Positions 28,197 through 41,343 of a DNA stretch of 64,000 bases are shown here, one piece after another. The stretch lies in assembly GCF_058153355.1 (NCBI RefSeq), contig NZ_CM177019.1, one strand, 5' to 3'. The position numbers were made by a program, and so were the translations under genes. Under the pieces are notes generated by a model. It worked only from the letters and a program-made list of their open reading frames with translations. It did not search any database and was not told the DNA's origin. Numbering within the stretch: position 1 is the stretch's first letter; each line of letters opens with the position of its first letter.

Positions 28197-29261
28197 TTAC
28201 TTAATGAATGGGCGGGTCAGCAGACCGACAGGGCCAGTGGTGTACCAGCGACGGTTGCCGCGACTGCGTGAGTCGCGCCCAACGGCCTGCGTCAGGCGGT
28301 CGAGGATAATGGCGAGGATCACAATCCCGACGCCGCCAACGGTGGCAAGGCCCATATCCAGACGACCGATACCGCGAAGTACCATCTGACCCAGCCCACC
28401 GACGGCAATCATCGAGGCAATGACCACCATAGAAAGGGCCAGCATCAGCGTCTGGTTAACACCCGCCATAATGGTCGGCATCGCCAGCGGTAACTGAACT
28501 TTGAACAGCATCTGCCGCGGGCTGGCACCGAATGAGCGCGAGGCTTCAATCAGATCCGCCGGAACCTGGTTAATCCCCAGAATCGTCAGACGGATAATCG
28601 GCGGCAGAGCAAAGATGATCGTCACCACTACGCCCGGCACGTTACCGATACCAAACAGCATGACGATTGGCACCAGATAAACAAACGCTGGCGTGGTCTG
28701 CATGGCATCAAGCAGTGGACGAATAATTTTCGCCGCTCGTGGACTTCTCGCCAGCCAGATCCCCAACGGCAAACCGATGACGATACAGAACAGCAGGGCG
28801 GTTAATACCAGCGCCAGAGTAACCATTGCCTGCGACCATGCACCGATTGCGCCGATGGCAATCAGCGAAACCAGCGTCGCCACGCCCATTCCGACACCGG
28901 AAATTTGCCAGGCGATGAGAGCGAAAACGATAATCGCCACCGGCGCGGGCATACCCAGCAGCAATTGCTGGAAACCGTTAAGGATGTAATCGACCGGAAC
29001 GCGAACGCCCTGGAAGACGGGACGGAAATGGGTAACGACCCAGTCGATCCCTTCAGTGACCCAACTGTCGAGCGGGATCAGCGTTTTATGGAACGGATCG
29101 AGAATATTAAAATGCTCGACGTTTGGTGCAGGCGTACTGGTCAGCCAGTCAGCGCCACCGCCGTCAGTCGGTGCAGTCGCCGGTGTACCCCAGGCGTCTG
29201 CGGATTGTGCAGCACTGTCCGCCGCTGGCGTGGTATCCCACGGATTATTTTGATCAGCCAT
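28197..29261 (-). CDS. proW: Glycine betaine/proline ABC transporter permease
   Basis: 354 aa membrane protein; 8-bp overlap with proV. Confidence 0.93.
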   Translation of the reverse strand: MADQNNPWDTTPAADSAAQSADAWGTPATAPTDGGGADWLTSTPAPNVEHFNILDPFHKTLIPLDSWVTEGIDWVVTHFRPVFQGVRVPVDYILNGFQQLLLGMPAPVAIIVFALIAWQISGVGMGVATLVSLIAIGAIGAWSQAMVTLALVLTALLFCIVIGLPLGIWLARSPRAAKIIRPLLDAMQTTPAFVYLVPIVMLFGIGNVPGVVVTIIFALPPIIRLTILGINQVPADLIEASRSFGASPRQMLFKVQLPLAMPTIMAGVNQTLMLALSMVVIASMIAVGGLGQMVLRGIGRLDMGLATVGGVGIVILAIILDRLTQAVGRDSRSRGNRRWYTTGPVGLLTRPFIK

Positions 29262-30456
29262 TATTTACCCCCTCACGATCTAAAGCGCGCAGCAGCATTC
29301 CTTTCGAAATAATGCCGACATACTGTTGGTCCTCGTCGACCACGGGCACCGCACAGGGCGCTTGTCCGACATGAGAGAGCAACTCGCTAAGAGGCGTTTG
29401 CGCATCGACCGCTAATGGCGCGTCAATCAGCGCCGCATCAAGACCTTGCTGCTGCGTTAATGCGGTTTTAAGCGAATCGATAGACACTGCACCGACAAAT
29501 CTATTACCGCGTTCGATAACGTAGCCATATTCGCGGTCTTCATCCTGCAATAATTTCAATGCCGAACGCGGGCCGAAGCCGGGGGTTTTACGAATTAAGC
29601 CGTTCGGTGTACGACGGGCAATATCTTTTGCACTGAACACCTGGCTAATATCGACGCCACGGAAGAAGGTTCGGACATAATCATTCGCCGGATTATTGAG
29701 AATTTCATCCGGTGTGCCGACCTGCACCACTTCGCCATTTTGCATAATGGCAATTCGGTCGCCAATACGCATAGCTTCATCGAGATCGTGGGAAATAAAG
29801 ACAATGGTGCGCTGATGTTTCGCCTGTAATTTTACCAGCTCATCCTGCATCTCGGTGCGAATTAATGGATCAAGCGCCGAGAAGGCTTCGTCCATTAATA
29901 ATATATCCGGATTAATCGCTAACGCGCGGGCTAATCCCACACGTTGACGCATCCCGCCAGAGAGTTCATCCGGGTAGCTATGGGCATAATTTTCCAGCCC
30001 GACCTGACGCAGTGCATCAATGGCTTTTTCCCGGCGTTCTTCGGCATTAATTCCGGCCAATTCCATACCGAATGCAGTATTGTCCAGCACGGTCATATGC
30101 GGCATTAAGGCAAAGGACTGGAAGACCATCGCAATCTTTTTTCTGCGCACCTCACGGAGTTCGGCGTCGGATATTTTGGCAATATCCACACCATCAATCA
30201 GCACTTGCCCGCGGGTGGGTTCAATCAGGCGATTGAGAAGGCGTACCATTGTGGATTTACCCGAACCGGATAATCCCATGATGACAAATATCTCGCCTTC
30301 TTCAATGGCCAGACTGGCGTCTTTTACGCCAAGCGATAGCCCGGTTTTTTCCAGAATTTGTTCTTTTGAAAGTCCTTGTTCGATATATTTGAACGCTCGC
30401 TGAGGATGCTCGCCAAATATTTTATAAAGATTTTTAATTTCTAATTTAATTGCCAT
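29254..30456 (-). CDS. proV: Glycine betaine/proline ABC transporter ATPase with C-terminal CBS domains
   Basis: 400 aa; Walker [10 protein letters not shown], signature LSGGMRQR. Confidence 0.95.
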   Translation of the reverse strand: MAIKLEIKNLYKIFGEHPQRAFKYIEQGLSKEQILEKTGLSLGVKDASLAIEEGEIFVIMGLSGSGKSTMVRLLNRLIEPTRGQVLIDGVDIAKISDAELREVRRKKIAMVFQSFALMPHMTVLDNTAFGMELAGINAEERREKAIDALRQVGLENYAHSYPDELSGGMRQRVGLARALAINPDILLMDEAFSALDPLIRTEMQDELVKLQAKHQRTIVFISHDLDEAMRIGDRIAIMQNGEVVQVGTPDEILNNPANDYVRTFFRGVDISQVFSAKDIARRTPNGLIRKTPGFGPRSALKLLQDEDREYGYVIERGNRFVGAVSIDSLKTALTQQQGLDAALIDAPLAVDAQTPLSELLSHVGQAPCAVPVVDEDQQYVGIISKGMLLRALDREGVNNG

Positions 30457-30811
30457 GCAATAGAAAGATTCCTGTTATTTGTTTATGTCGATACATTACC
30501 CAATGGAAATAGTCACTTTTTTCTACCCTAACATACTGAGAATCTGAGGCAACCCCTGATGGCAAATGTGGCATGAATATTGATGCGAGCAAATCGCCGG
30601 AATTTCCCATGATATAAGGGCTGAGAGCAAATCGAGAAAGTTGATATTTTTTTGTCATGGATAGCGAAAAAACGCCTGAATATTGTGGTTTCAGGCGAAT
30701 AATGCAACAGAGTATCAGTGTAGATCACCACAAAATATTTGCGTGATAAAAAGCTATTTGGCGGGAATTATTTCCCCTGCTGAAGTTGGTGAAATTTTGA
30801 AAAATAACCGG

Positions 30812-31780
<969 letters not shown>

Positions 31781-33925
31781 TTAAAGCGCGCAGGAAACGC
31801 AGCCTTCAATTTCAGTACCTTCCAGCGCCATCTGACGCAGGCGGATGTAGTAGAGCGTTTTGATACCTTTACGCCAGGCATAAATCTGCGCTTTGTTGAT
31901 ATCGCGAGTGGTGGCGGTATCGGGGAAAAACAGTGTCAGCGACAGCCCCTGATCGACATGGCGAGTCGCTTCGGCGTAGGTGTCGATGATCTTTTCTGCG
32001 CCGATTTCGTAAGCGTCCTGATACAGCGCCAGATTCTCGTTAGTCATAAACGGGGCAGGGTAGTAAACGCGTCCTGTTTTGCCTTCTTTGCGTATCTCTA
32101 CTTTCGCCACAATCGGATGAATACTCGACGTGGCATGGTTGATATAAGAGATGGAACCGGTTGGCGGCACCGCCTGAAGATTTTGGTTGTATATGCCATA
32201 GCGCATCACGTCGTCGCGCAGCTGCGCCCACATCTCACGGGTAGGTAACGTAATACCGCTGCGGGCAAACAGTTCGCCAACTTTCGCCGTTTTCGGCTGC
32301 CAGTTCCCTTGCAGATATTGGCTGAAATATTCACCATTGGCATAGCGTGACTGTTTGAACCCGGCGAAGGTTTCACTGCGTTCGCGCGCCAGCAACATCG
32401 AGGTACGCAGTGCGTGCCAGGTGATGGTATAGAAATAGAGATTGGTGAAATCCAGTGCTTCCGGCGAACCATAGGCGATGCCTTCTCGCGCCAGATAACC
32501 GTGTAAATTCATCTGCCCCAGACCGATAGCGTGTGAGGCGGCATTTCCGGCTTCGATGGACGGCACGCTGCGAATATGACTCATATCTGACACCGCAGTT
32601 AAACCGCGCACGGCAGTCTCTACCGTGCGGGCAAAGTCGGGGGAATCCATGGTGTGGGCAATATTCAACGAACCTAAATTGCAGGAAATATCATGGCCTG
32701 TGCGGGCATAGTCGAGATTCTCGTCATACTCTGAGGCGCTGTTAACCTGCAAAATTTCTGAGCAGAGATTGCTCATATTTATGCGCCCGGCGATAGGGTT
32801 AGCACGGTTAACCGTGTCTTCATACATGATGTAGGGATAGCCGGACTCAAACTGGATTTCTGCCAGTCGCTGGAAGAAATCACGGGCGTTGATGTATTTT
32901 TTGCGGATTCGCTCATCGGCAACCAGTTCGTCATAGTGTTCACTGATGGCGATATCGGCAAACGGCTTGCCATAAACACGCTCAATGTCATAGGGCGAAA
33001 ACAGTGCCATCTGTGCATTCTCTTTTGCCAGATGGAAGGTGATATCCGGGATAACCACGCCCAGCGACAGTGTTTTAATGCGGATTTTCTCGTCGGCATT
33101 TTCCCGCTTTGTATCGAGAAAACGCAGAATATCGGGATGATGGGCATGTAAATAGACTGCGCCAGCACCCTGACGCGCGCCGAGCTGGTTGGCATAGGAA
33201 AATGCGTCCTCCAGCATTTTCATCACCGGAATCACGCCAGAAGATTGATTTTCAATACGTTTAATTGGCGCGCCCGCTTCCCGCAGATTCGACAGCAAAA
33301 ATGCCACGCCGCCGCCGCGTTTCGACAGTTGTAGTGCGGAATTTACTGCCCGGCCAATCGACTCCATATTGTCTTCAATACGCAGCAAAAAACAGGAAAC
33401 CAGTTCGCCACGCTGCTGTTTACCGCAGTTGAGGAATGTCGGTGTTGCAGGCTGAAAGCGTCCTGACAGCATCTCATCGGTCAGTTGCGTCGCCAGTGTT
33501 TCATCGCCTTGTGCCAGCGTCAGCGCCACCATCGTGACTCGATCGGCAAAATCTTCCAGATAACGCTTACCGTCGAATGTCTTCAACGTATAGCTGGTGT
33601 AAAACTTCCATGCTCCGAGGAATGTCTGAAAACGAAAACCGCTGGCGTGTGCGTGGGCAAACAGTGTAATGACAAAATCGCGAGAGTAGCGGTTGAGGAC
33701 GTTTTCATCATAGTAACCTTCGTTGACCAGCCAGTTCAGGCGCTGCTGCTGGCTACTGAAGGTCACACTGTTCGGGCGTACATGCGTCGCCATAAAGGCG
33801 TCAACGGCCTGGCGATCTTTATCGAACTGAATGCGACCTGCGCTATCGTAAAGGTTAAGCATCGCATTCAGAGCGTGGTAATCCATCGTTTCCTGCGTCA
33901 GGCGTTCTGCGGTTGTCGTTGCCAA
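31781..33925 (-). CDS. nrdE: Class Ib ribonucleotide reductase alpha subunit
   Basis: 714 aa; C-terminal CxxC; operon context. Confidence 0.95.
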
Positions 33926-34308
33926 AATTCGGTTACTCCTTTACGAACGTTTTCGATATCGCTTTGCGTACCCATGAGTTCAAAGCGGTACAGCCACGGC
34001 ACGCCGCATTTCCGGGCTATCACATCTCCGGCGCGGCCATACGCCTCACCAAAGTTGCGATTACCCGAAGCAATAACGCCGCGAAGCAACGCCCGGTTGT
34101 GCTCGTCGTTTAAAAAGCGAATTACCTGTCGTGGCACCGCGCCAGCCGTACCGCCGCCGCCGTAAGAGGGCACGATCAGGATGTAAGGCTCGTCTACCTG
34201 AATCCGTTCCCGCTCATTGAGCGGGATGCGCACCGCGGGCAGTCCTAAACGTTCGATAAAACGCTGCGTATTTTCGGAGCTGCTGGAAAAGTAGACGAGT
34301 TGGCTCAT
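33898..34308 (-). CDS. nrdI: Flavodoxin-like NrdI
   Basis: 136 aa; overlaps nrdE start and nrdH stop. Confidence 0.92.
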
Positions 34309-34550
34309 GCACTGGCCGCGTGTGGCGCTGGATGCAGACGATTGATCATGTCCGGGCGGAAACCAGACCAGCTAAGATCGCCTGCAATCACTACCGGCAA
34401 CTGACGAAAGCCCTGCGCACGTAACGCTTCCGCCGCTTCAGGAACGCGATCGACATTAATCATTTCAAAATCAAAGCCCCGGTTTTCCATCGCCCGTTTG
34501 GTGGCGTGGCACTGAACGCAATCGTTACGAGTGTAAATAGTAATGCGCAT
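34305..34550 (-). CDS. nrdH: Glutaredoxin-like NrdH redoxin
   Basis: 81 aa with CVQC active site. Confidence 0.93.
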
Positions 34551-34653
34551 GATTCGTATTTCCGTTTAAAATGAAGATACGGCGCGATGATACGCGTCGG
34601 GTTGTCTCTCTGTTGATACAGAGATACTAGATGTAGTTGAAAAAAGATTCAAC

Positions 34654-34667
34654 CACACAATATATAG
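34654..34667. promoter_or_regulatory. Possible NrdR-box-like element upstream of nrdH
   Basis: acacaatatatagc roughly 100 bp upstream of nrdH; resembles the NrdR box consensus only loosely. Confidence 0.3.
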
Positions 34668-34796
34668 CAAATAGTGGTCGAAATTACCCTGGGTATGAGC
34701 GTGACGGGGTAGGGGGATTTTTGTGATTCACCAGACAAAAAGAAACCCCGAAATCAGGTTCCGGGGTCAAGACGCGTATTTATTATCATTGTTGCA

Positions 34797-35126
34797 CTAC
34801 GATTTGCGCATGCTTAACAGTGCGCCGATAAAAATACCTACCGCAGCTGCTGTACCCACGCTACACCAGGGTCTTTCACGAACAAAAGAATCCGCGCAGC
34901 CAACGGCATCGCGCGCGGCTTGCTGGACGCGAGTACGACCATGCATTCGCGCTCGGGTTTCTTTCAGTAGAGCCTGCGCTTTACTACGAGCGGCTTCGGC
35001 TTCCCCTTTGGCGTCGCTGCCCCAGGACTTCAATACAGACTCGAGACTGTCAGCCAATTGATTGACATCATTCTGGATATCCTGCACGCCATCATCGACG
35101 TCGTTGCGGTTCGGTCGGTTAAACAT
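34797..35126 (-). CDS. ygaM: ElaB/YqjD/DUF883 family ribosome-associated membrane-anchored protein
   Basis: Start at MFNRPNRNDVDD within ORF 34797..35138; C-terminal TM anchor. Confidence 0.85.
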   Translation of the reverse strand: MFNRPNRNDVDDGVQDIQNDVNQLADSLESVLKSWGSDAKGEAEAARSKAQALLKETRARMHGRTRVQQAARDAVGCADSFVRERPWCSVGTAAAVGIFIGALLSMRKS

Positions 35127-35277
35127 ATGATCCCCCATTAGAATTCGATGTAATTTTCAGTGTAGACCATAATTTTCTTAACTGAGGTTCATCGCGGCTT
35201 TATGGACTTTTCTGAAAGCGTTGTGAATGCGCAATCAGGTAAGGTAGGCCCGCGGTTGATAATAACGAGGATCAAAT

Positions 35278-35622
35278 ATGTATTTACGACCAGACGAGGT
35301 GGCGCGCGTACTTGAAAAAGTCGGTTTTACTGTCGATGTGGTAACTCAGAAAGCGTATGGTTACCGCCGTGGGGAAAATTATGTCTATGTTAATCGCGAA
35401 GCGCGAATGGGACGTACCGCTCTGGTAATTCATCCAACATTAAAAGAACGCAGTTCAACACTGGCTGAACCCGCTTCCGATATTAAAACTTGCGATCATT
35501 ACCAGCAATTTCCGCTCTATTTAGCGGGTGAACGTCATGAGCATTACGGTATCCCACATGGCTTTAGTTCGCGTGTTGCGCTTGAACGTTATTTGAATGG
35601 TTTATTTGGCGAAGCCAGTTAA
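35278..35622 (+). CDS. ygaC: Uncharacterized protein YgaC (DUF2002)
   Basis: 114 aa ORF; synteny between ygaM and alaE. Confidence 0.8.
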
Positions 35623-35658
35623 AGACGCGACTGGCGATGCCAGTCGCGAAAAGAAGGG

Positions 35659-36108
35659 TCAGGCTTTTACCTGCTGGTAACGGCTGACTTTGAACAGTCG
35701 GCGGCAATAATCGAGGAAGTAGCCATAAACCGCCCCCATCAACATCGAAACAACGATGTTTGAACTGACCGCCGCCATAATCTGGTGCCAGTCTGCGCCC
35801 ACCACTAACAAGATCGCCACATACACCGGTGACTGGAACGTTACATACGCCAGGATATCTGCCAGATTTTTTACCCAGCCCGACGTGCTAACTTTGCGTG
35901 CCGCGCGCATAAACAGATCGCGGTACATACCGTATGGCCATGCAATTAAGATGTTCACCGGAATCGCTACCAATCTGGAATAAATAGACTGTTCGAAGCT
36001 CATTCCGGAGAGGAAAACTTCAATACACATGTTCACGACAGAACAGTAAACAACCATCGCGAACGTATCTGCAACTGCATGACGCAAGCGTGACTGCGGT
36101 GAGAACAT
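35659..36108 (-). CDS. alaE: L-alanine exporter
   Basis: 149 aa hydrophobic protein. Confidence 0.85.
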   Translation of the reverse strand: MFSPQSRLRHAVADTFAMVVYCSVVNMCIEVFLSGMSFEQSIYSRLVAIPVNILIAWPYGMYRDLFMRAARKVSTSGWVKNLADILAYVTFQSPVYVAILLVVGADWHQIMAAVSSNIVVSMLMGAVYGYFLDYCRRLFKVSRYQQVKA

Positions 36109-36774
36109 GCTAATGCTCCTTAATAAAAGCGTAATGGGACATTAATAGAGATGAAAGCAGTGGATCTCATTGCCATCTGCATTTTCGCATAGCGTATATC
36201 GCTGGCTATGACTAATCAATTAGTGAAAAATTTTTATTTAATCTGTTTTTGTAGATAAAATATTCCGTAGCGGCGCGTTTTTTGTACGTTGTGGATTTTT
36301 ACGTGCCGATATACTTAATTTTCAATTAAATCAAATATATATGCATGTGACTTTATTTTCGCTAATGGAGGTTTGGGAGGAGGTTACGCCATAAGCGTAG
36401 AGAATTCGGTGAATGTAATGATTTGGTCATTTTCAGCATTTTTTATGCCAGATAATGCACAATGCCAGCAGAAAACACCAGTGAGATATACTTTTTACTA
36501 TTCAGTTTGATTGCATTTTTATTCATTTTTGTTTTGTTGGGCTTGAGGGGGGTGGTGAGCGGCGAGCGCCGGTCTGTTCATCGATAACCGAAATTACTCA
36601 TCAAAATGGCTAATATATAATCTTGAAATTATTCTGCGTGTCTCAGAAAATAACAGCTGAAATAATCTCATGAAGGACTGTAAATAGATTAAATTTTGTG
36701 GAAATATAATAAGTGATCGCTTACACTACGCGACGAAATACTTTTTGTTTTGGCGTTAAAAGGTTTCCTTTATT

Positions 36775-37179
36775 ATGTCCGTAATGTTACAAAGTCTAAA
36801 TAACATTCGCACTCTCCGTGCGATGGCTCGCGAATTCTCCATTGACGTTCTTGAAGAAATGCTCGAAAAATTCAGGGTTGTCACTAAAGAAAGACGTGAA
36901 GAAGAAGCACAGCAGCAGCGTGAATTGGCAGAGCGCCAGGAAAAAATTAGTACCTGGCTGGAGCTGATGAAAGCTGACGGAATTAACCCGGAAGAGTTAT
37001 TGGGTAATAGCTCTGCTGCTGCACCACGCGCTGGTAAAAAACGCCAGCCGCGTCCGGCGAAATATAAATTCACCGATGTTAACGGTGAAACTAAAACCTG
37101 GACCGGTCAGGGCCGTACACCGAAGCCAATCGCTCAGGCGCTGGCAGAAGGTAAATCTCTCGACGATTTCCTGATCTAA
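36775..37179 (+). CDS. stpA: H-NS paralog DNA-binding protein StpA
   Basis: 134 aa; N-terminal coiled coil and C-terminal [12 protein letters not shown]-binding motif; long AT-rich upstream region. Confidence 0.95.
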   Translation: MSVMLQSLNNIRTLRAMAREFSIDVLEEMLEKFRVVTKERREEEAQQQRELAERQEKISTWLELMKADGINPEELLGNSSAAAPRAGKKRQPRPAKYKFTDVNGETKTWTGQGRTPKPIAQALAEGKSLDDFLI

Positions 37180-37225
37180 TTACTGAGGCCGGATGTCGCT
37201 GCTATGGCGCGTCCGGCGTCGCTTC

Positions 37226-37750
37226 TCAAGCTTGTTGGTTCCACGGCATCTTATCTAACAACCTTGCCATCCCACAAAAACCGCTAATTCCTGCAAACAG
37301 TAACCCGGCACCAACAAAGCCACTTAATAAGAAGAAACCACTATTTACGGTATAACCCAGTACAACGCCGATTAATATTAAACCACCCGCGGCGATCTGC
37401 ACCTGGCGCATTAACGGCAAGGGTTGAGACTTATTTACCGCAACTGGCAATCCTGCTTTTTTCCAGCCATCAATCCCATCTTCGAGTAAAAAGATTTCTG
37501 CGGGTGCGGCAATCGCTGCTAATTTATCGGCGTTATTACTGGTGCGTTTACCTGCCTGGCAGTGGAAGATAATTTGCTCACGACGTAATTTAGCCGGAAG
37601 ACCTGACTGTTCGAGCACAGATAATGGAGCCAAATCTGCTTCAGGAATATGTTCACGAAGATATTCATCAGCATCACGAATATCGATTAAATTTGCGCCG
37701 CGTGCGATTAATTCTTGTGCACCGTGCGGCGAAATGGTTGTCAAAGCCAT
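37226..37750 (-). CDS. ygaP: Rhodanese-domain thiosulfate sulfurtransferase, membrane-anchored
   Basis: 174 aa; rhodanese active site CQAGKRT; C-terminal TM helices. Confidence 0.88.
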   Translation of the reverse strand: MALTTISPHGAQELIARGANLIDIRDADEYLREHIPEADLAPLSVLEQSGLPAKLRREQIIFHCQAGKRTSNNADKLAAIAAPAEIFLLEDGIDGWKKAGLPVAVNKSQPLPLMRQVQIAAGGLILIGVVLGYTVNSGFFLLSGFVGAGLLFAGISGFCGMARLLDKMPWNQQA

Positions 37751-37759
37751 AGTGACTCC

Positions 37760-38059
37760 TTACGGACAATAGACATTTTTCAGGGTGGCGATAATGGCAT
37801 TTACCGCCTCATTTTTAATGGAATATAGAATGCGTTGGGCATCCCGTTGGCTGTCGATAAGCCCTTCGTCCCGCATACGAGCGAGATGCTGTGATGTTGC
37901 AGAGGCACTTAGTCCGGTAATGCGCGTCAGCTCTCCCGCGCTGGTGCCGGGTGAACCGCTAAGCATGCACAGAATCAGCAACCGTTTGGGGTGGCTCATT
38001 GCTTTCAATAAGGCCGCTGCCTGTTCGGCACTGGCCTGTAATTGCGCGAGTTCAGTCAT
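37760..38059 (-). CDS. ygaV: ArsR/SmtB-family transcriptional regulator
   Basis: 99 aa winged-HTH; co-oriented with ygaP. Confidence 0.88.
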   Translation of the reverse strand: MTELAQLQASAEQAAALLKAMSHPKRLLILCMLSGSPGTSAGELTRITGLSASATSQHLARMRDEGLIDSQRDAQRILYSIKNEAVNAIIATLKNVYCP

Positions 38060-38241
38060 AGTTATTTAAGTATTCTCTAAATTAAGTAAACTCTAAACTA
38101 AAAATACAACATATGCCAGCATCAGCCGCGTAAATGAGAGTAAAAGCGTAAGCTGAAACTGGCAGGCTCCGCTAAAATTACTACGCTTAAGAGATAAAAT
38201 CTCTTTTTAAACAATGAGTAATTTTCTTATAGGGAGTACAT

Positions 38242-38400
38242 ATGGGTTTCTGGAGAATCGTCATCACCATCATTCTGCCGCCGCTCGGCGTGCTGCTCGG
38301 TAAAGGGTTCGGTTGGGCGTTCATTATTAATATTCTGCTGACACTGCTTGGGTATATCCCCGGTTTGATTCACGCGTTCTGGGTGCAAACCCGCGATTAA
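38242..38400 (+). CDS. yqaE: Pmp3/UPF0057-family small membrane proteolipid (52 aa)
   Basis: Hand-translated MGFWRIVITIILPPLGVLLGKGFGWAFIINILLTLLGYIPGLIHAFWVQTRD; GGGAG RBS upstream; below the ORF-track length cutoff. Confidence 0.85.
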   Translation: MGFWRIVITIILPPLGVLLGKGFGWAFIINILLTLLGYIPGLIHAFWVQTRD

Positions 38401-38483
38401 ACCTGTCCTCACCCCCGCGGCGTTAACGCGCCGCGTTCCTCTGCTACACTTTCTGAGTGTTTCCGTTAACGAATGAGGTAGCT

Positions 38484-38933
38484 ATGGGTCTGTTCAATTT
38501 TGTGAAAGATGCCGGAGAAAAACTCTGGGACGCGGTTACAGGTCAGCACGATAAAGACGATCAGGCGAAGAAGGTGCAGGAGCATTTGAACAAAACCGGT
38601 ATACCTGATGCCGATAAAGTGAATATTCAAATTGCCGACGGCAAAGCGACGGTCACTGGTGACGGCTTAAGTCAGGAGGCGAAGGAGAAAATCCTTGTTG
38701 CGGTGGGGAATATTTCCGGTATTGCCAGTGTCGATGATCAGGTGAAAACGGCGACACCAGCCACTGCCAGCCAGTTTTATACCGTTAAGTCTGGCGACAC
38801 TCTGAGTGCCATTTCCAAACAGGTCTACGGTAACGCCAATCTGTACAATAAAATCTTCGAAGCGAATAAACCGATGCTAAAAAGCCCGGATAAAATTTAC
38901 CCGGGGCAAGTGTTGCGTATTCCTGAAGAGTAG
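38484..38933 (+). CDS. kbp: Potassium-binding protein (BON + LysM domains)
   Basis: Start at [14 protein letters not shown] within ORF 38457..38933; C-terminal Lys[15 protein letters not shown]. Confidence 0.9.
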
Positions 38934-39596
38934 TTAATTGCCAGCCATCGCCTGCTGGATAATGGGAATTGGCGTCAGTAAATGCTGGCGCATTAACTCA
39001 CTGGCGCGCGCGGTATCTCGCGCCAGTACCGCCGCAGTCAGGGTCTGGTGCTGATCGCGTTTATCCTCCAGCATTTCCACCGAAAGCACTGTTCGCCGCA
39101 GCCAGATAAATCGATAGCGCGCCGCCAGATCAAACAACCGTTCACGCATTTGCAGCAAATAGTGAGAACCACAGCCCGCCACAATTGCAGTATGAAACGC
39201 CTGATGACGCAGATCCCACTCATCAAGCATTTTCTCACTGGCGTCACAGGCCTCCAGCTTACTCAGCAGATGCGCTTTTGCGAGAACGTCTGCCTCCCAT
39301 TCATCGCCACCGCGGGCAATCGCCAGACTGACCAGCATCGCTTCCATATTGGCGCGGGCGTCGAAAATATCGAGCAGCTCCTGCTCTGACATAGACGTCA
39401 CCCGATACCCTTTTTGATTCACCACCGTGACCAGTCGTTCCGCCACCAGTTGCGAAAGGGCTTCCCGCAACGGCCCAACACCAAGAGCATAACGCGATGT
39501 CAGCACACTCATCCGTAATTTTTCATCCGGTTGAAAATTACCGCGAATAATATCGTTTTTCAGCCAGCGATAGCCATCCAGAGACGTAATGGTCAT
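38934..39596 (-). CDS. csiR: GntR-family regulator of csiD-lhgO-gabDTP
   Basis: Start at MTITSLDGYRWLKNDIIRG within ORF 38934..39614; FadR-type C-terminus. Confidence 0.9.
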   Translation of the reverse strand: MTITSLDGYRWLKNDIIRGNFQPDEKLRMSVLTSRYALGVGPLREALSQLVAERLVTVVNQKGYRVTSMSEQELLDIFDARANMEAMLVSLAIARGGDEWEADVLAKAHLLSKLEACDASEKMLDEWDLRHQAFHTAIVAGCGSHYLLQMRERLFDLAARYRFIWLRRTVLSVEMLEDKRDQHQTLTAAVLARDTARASELMRQHLLTPIPIIQQAMAGN

Positions 39597-39616
39597 GGTG
39601 TGACTCCTGATCATTA

Positions 39617-41017
39617 TTAGCGCGTATTATGAACGGGTGTTTTTTGCCACAATACCAGTTTTTTCCAGCGCGCCATAATTGGCACGGTACAGATAATCCC
39701 TATCGCTAATAAGCCAGTGGAGATCACTTCTAACTGTTGCGCCGGGCGGAATAGCATCACTACCAACACAAAGGTAATAAAGCCGATTACCAGCCAGGTG
39801 AGCCACGGATAAAGCCACATCCGCAGGCGAATTTCGCTTCCTTCTGCTCGCAGAATTTTGCGCATCCGCAATTGTGAAACGGCGATGACTAAATAAACCA
39901 GCAGGGCGATAGCGCCGGAGCTGTCGATCAGAAATTTAAACACTTTCGCCGGTGCGTAATAGTTCACCACCACCGTTAAAAACGCCGCGCCGGTGGAGAG
40001 TAACACCGCCACGTACGGGGTTTTACTGCGGTTAATTTTGCCCATTACCGCGGGTGCATCACCGCGACGGCTTAAGGAGTAGAGCATCCTTGACGCGGTA
40101 TACAGCGCCGAGTTCAGGCAACTGGTTACGGAAAGTAATATCACGCAGTCCATGATTAATTTCGCATGAGGAATATTGAGTAATTCCAGTACCGAGCGAT
40201 AAGAACCCACGGCTTTCAGCCCCGGCATATTCCACGGAATTAATGCCACGACGACAAAAATAGAACACAAATAGAATATAGAAATACGCCAGATAACCGA
40301 GTTGGTGGCGCGGACAATATGTTTTTCCGGCGTGTCGGATTCCGCGGCGGCAATGGTGACAATTTCTGCGCCCATAAACGAGAACATGGTGATCAACATC
40401 GCGCTTAATACCGCACCGAAGCCATTGGGCATAAAGCCGCCGCTATCCCACAATCTTGAGATCCCGCTCACTTCGGCATAAGGGTAAAAACCGCTAATTG
40501 CGACTGCACCAAGGAAAATAAAGGCCAGGATAGCGATGACTTTGCACAGCGCCAGCCAGAACTCAAATTCGCCGTAGTTTTTAACGCTTAATAAATTACT
40601 GCCAGTTAAGGCGAGGGTAATGACGAGGGAAAATAACCAGATGGGAATGCCTGGAACCCACGAGTGCAGGATCATGGCGGCGATGTTGGCTTCCAGCGGG
40701 ATAACCAATACCCAAAACCACCAGTACAGCCAGCCGATGGTATAACCCGCCCAACGGCCAATAGCTTTATCGGCATAGGTGGAAAACGAACCCGTGTCGG
40801 GCGTGGCAACCGCCATTTCCGCCAACATCCGCATAATCATAACCACCAGTAATCCGGCGAACAGATAGGCCAGTAATACCGCCGGGCCCGCTTCGGCGAT
40901 GGCGACGCTGGAACCGACAAACAGACTTGCGCCGATAACACCGGCAATAGACAACATGGTGACGTGGCGTGACTTCAGCCCGCCGCCTAACTCATGTGGT
41001 TGCGATGATTGCCCCAT
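39617..41017 (-). CDS. gabP: GABA permease (APC family)
   Basis: Start at MGQSSQPHELGGGLKSRHVTML within ORF 39617..41080; 12-TMS. Confidence 0.93.
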   Translation of the reverse strand: MGQSSQPHELGGGLKSRHVTMLSIAGVIGASLFVGSSVAIAEAGPAVLLAYLFAGLLVVMIMRMLAEMAVATPDTGSFSTYADKAIGRWAGYTIGWLYWWFWVLVIPLEANIAAMILHSWVPGIPIWLFSLVITLALTGSNLLSVKNYGEFEFWLALCKVIAILAFIFLGAVAISGFYPYAEVSGISRLWDSGGFMPNGFGAVLSAMLITMFSFMGAEIVTIAAAESDTPEKHIVRATNSVIWRISIFYLCSIFVVVALIPWNMPGLKAVGSYRSVLELLNIPHAKLIMDCVILLSVTSCLNSALYTASRMLYSLSRRGDAPAVMGKINRSKTPYVAVLLSTGAAFLTVVVNYYAPAKVFKFLIDSSGAIALLVYLVIAVSQLRMRKILRAEGSEIRLRMWLYPWLTWLVIGFITFVLVVMLFRPAQQLEVISTGLLAIGIICTVPIMARWKKLVLWQKTPVHNTR

Positions 41018-41104
41018 CCTGAATCCTCTCGAAAGTGTGACACTTGGGAGAGCGGCCCGACATTTCCCGCGTCGGGTCACGCGTTTAATTGTTATTGGTT
41101 CTTT

Positions 41105-41335
41105 TTGCCGGAGAGCGGCTCCGCCTTATCCGGCCGACATAGATTTATTCCTGTTCACGTACAGATTGTTGGATGCGGCGTAAACGCCTTATCCGACCTG
41201 GATTCTCGTAGGCCGGACAAGACGCGAAGCGTCGCCTCCGGCATGGTGCGCCGAATGTCGGATGCGGCGTAAACGCCTTATCCGACCTACATTTCCGTAG
41301 GCCGGACAAGACGCAAAGCGTCGCCTCCGGCATGG
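41105..41335. repeat. BIME: tandem REP elements between gabT and gabP
   Basis: Two near-identical ~60-bp units GGATGCGGCGTAAACGCCTTATCCGACCT...TAGGCCGGACAAGACGC(G/A)AAGCGTCGCCTCCGGCATG. Confidence 0.75.
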
Positions 41336-41343
41336 GTGCGGTG

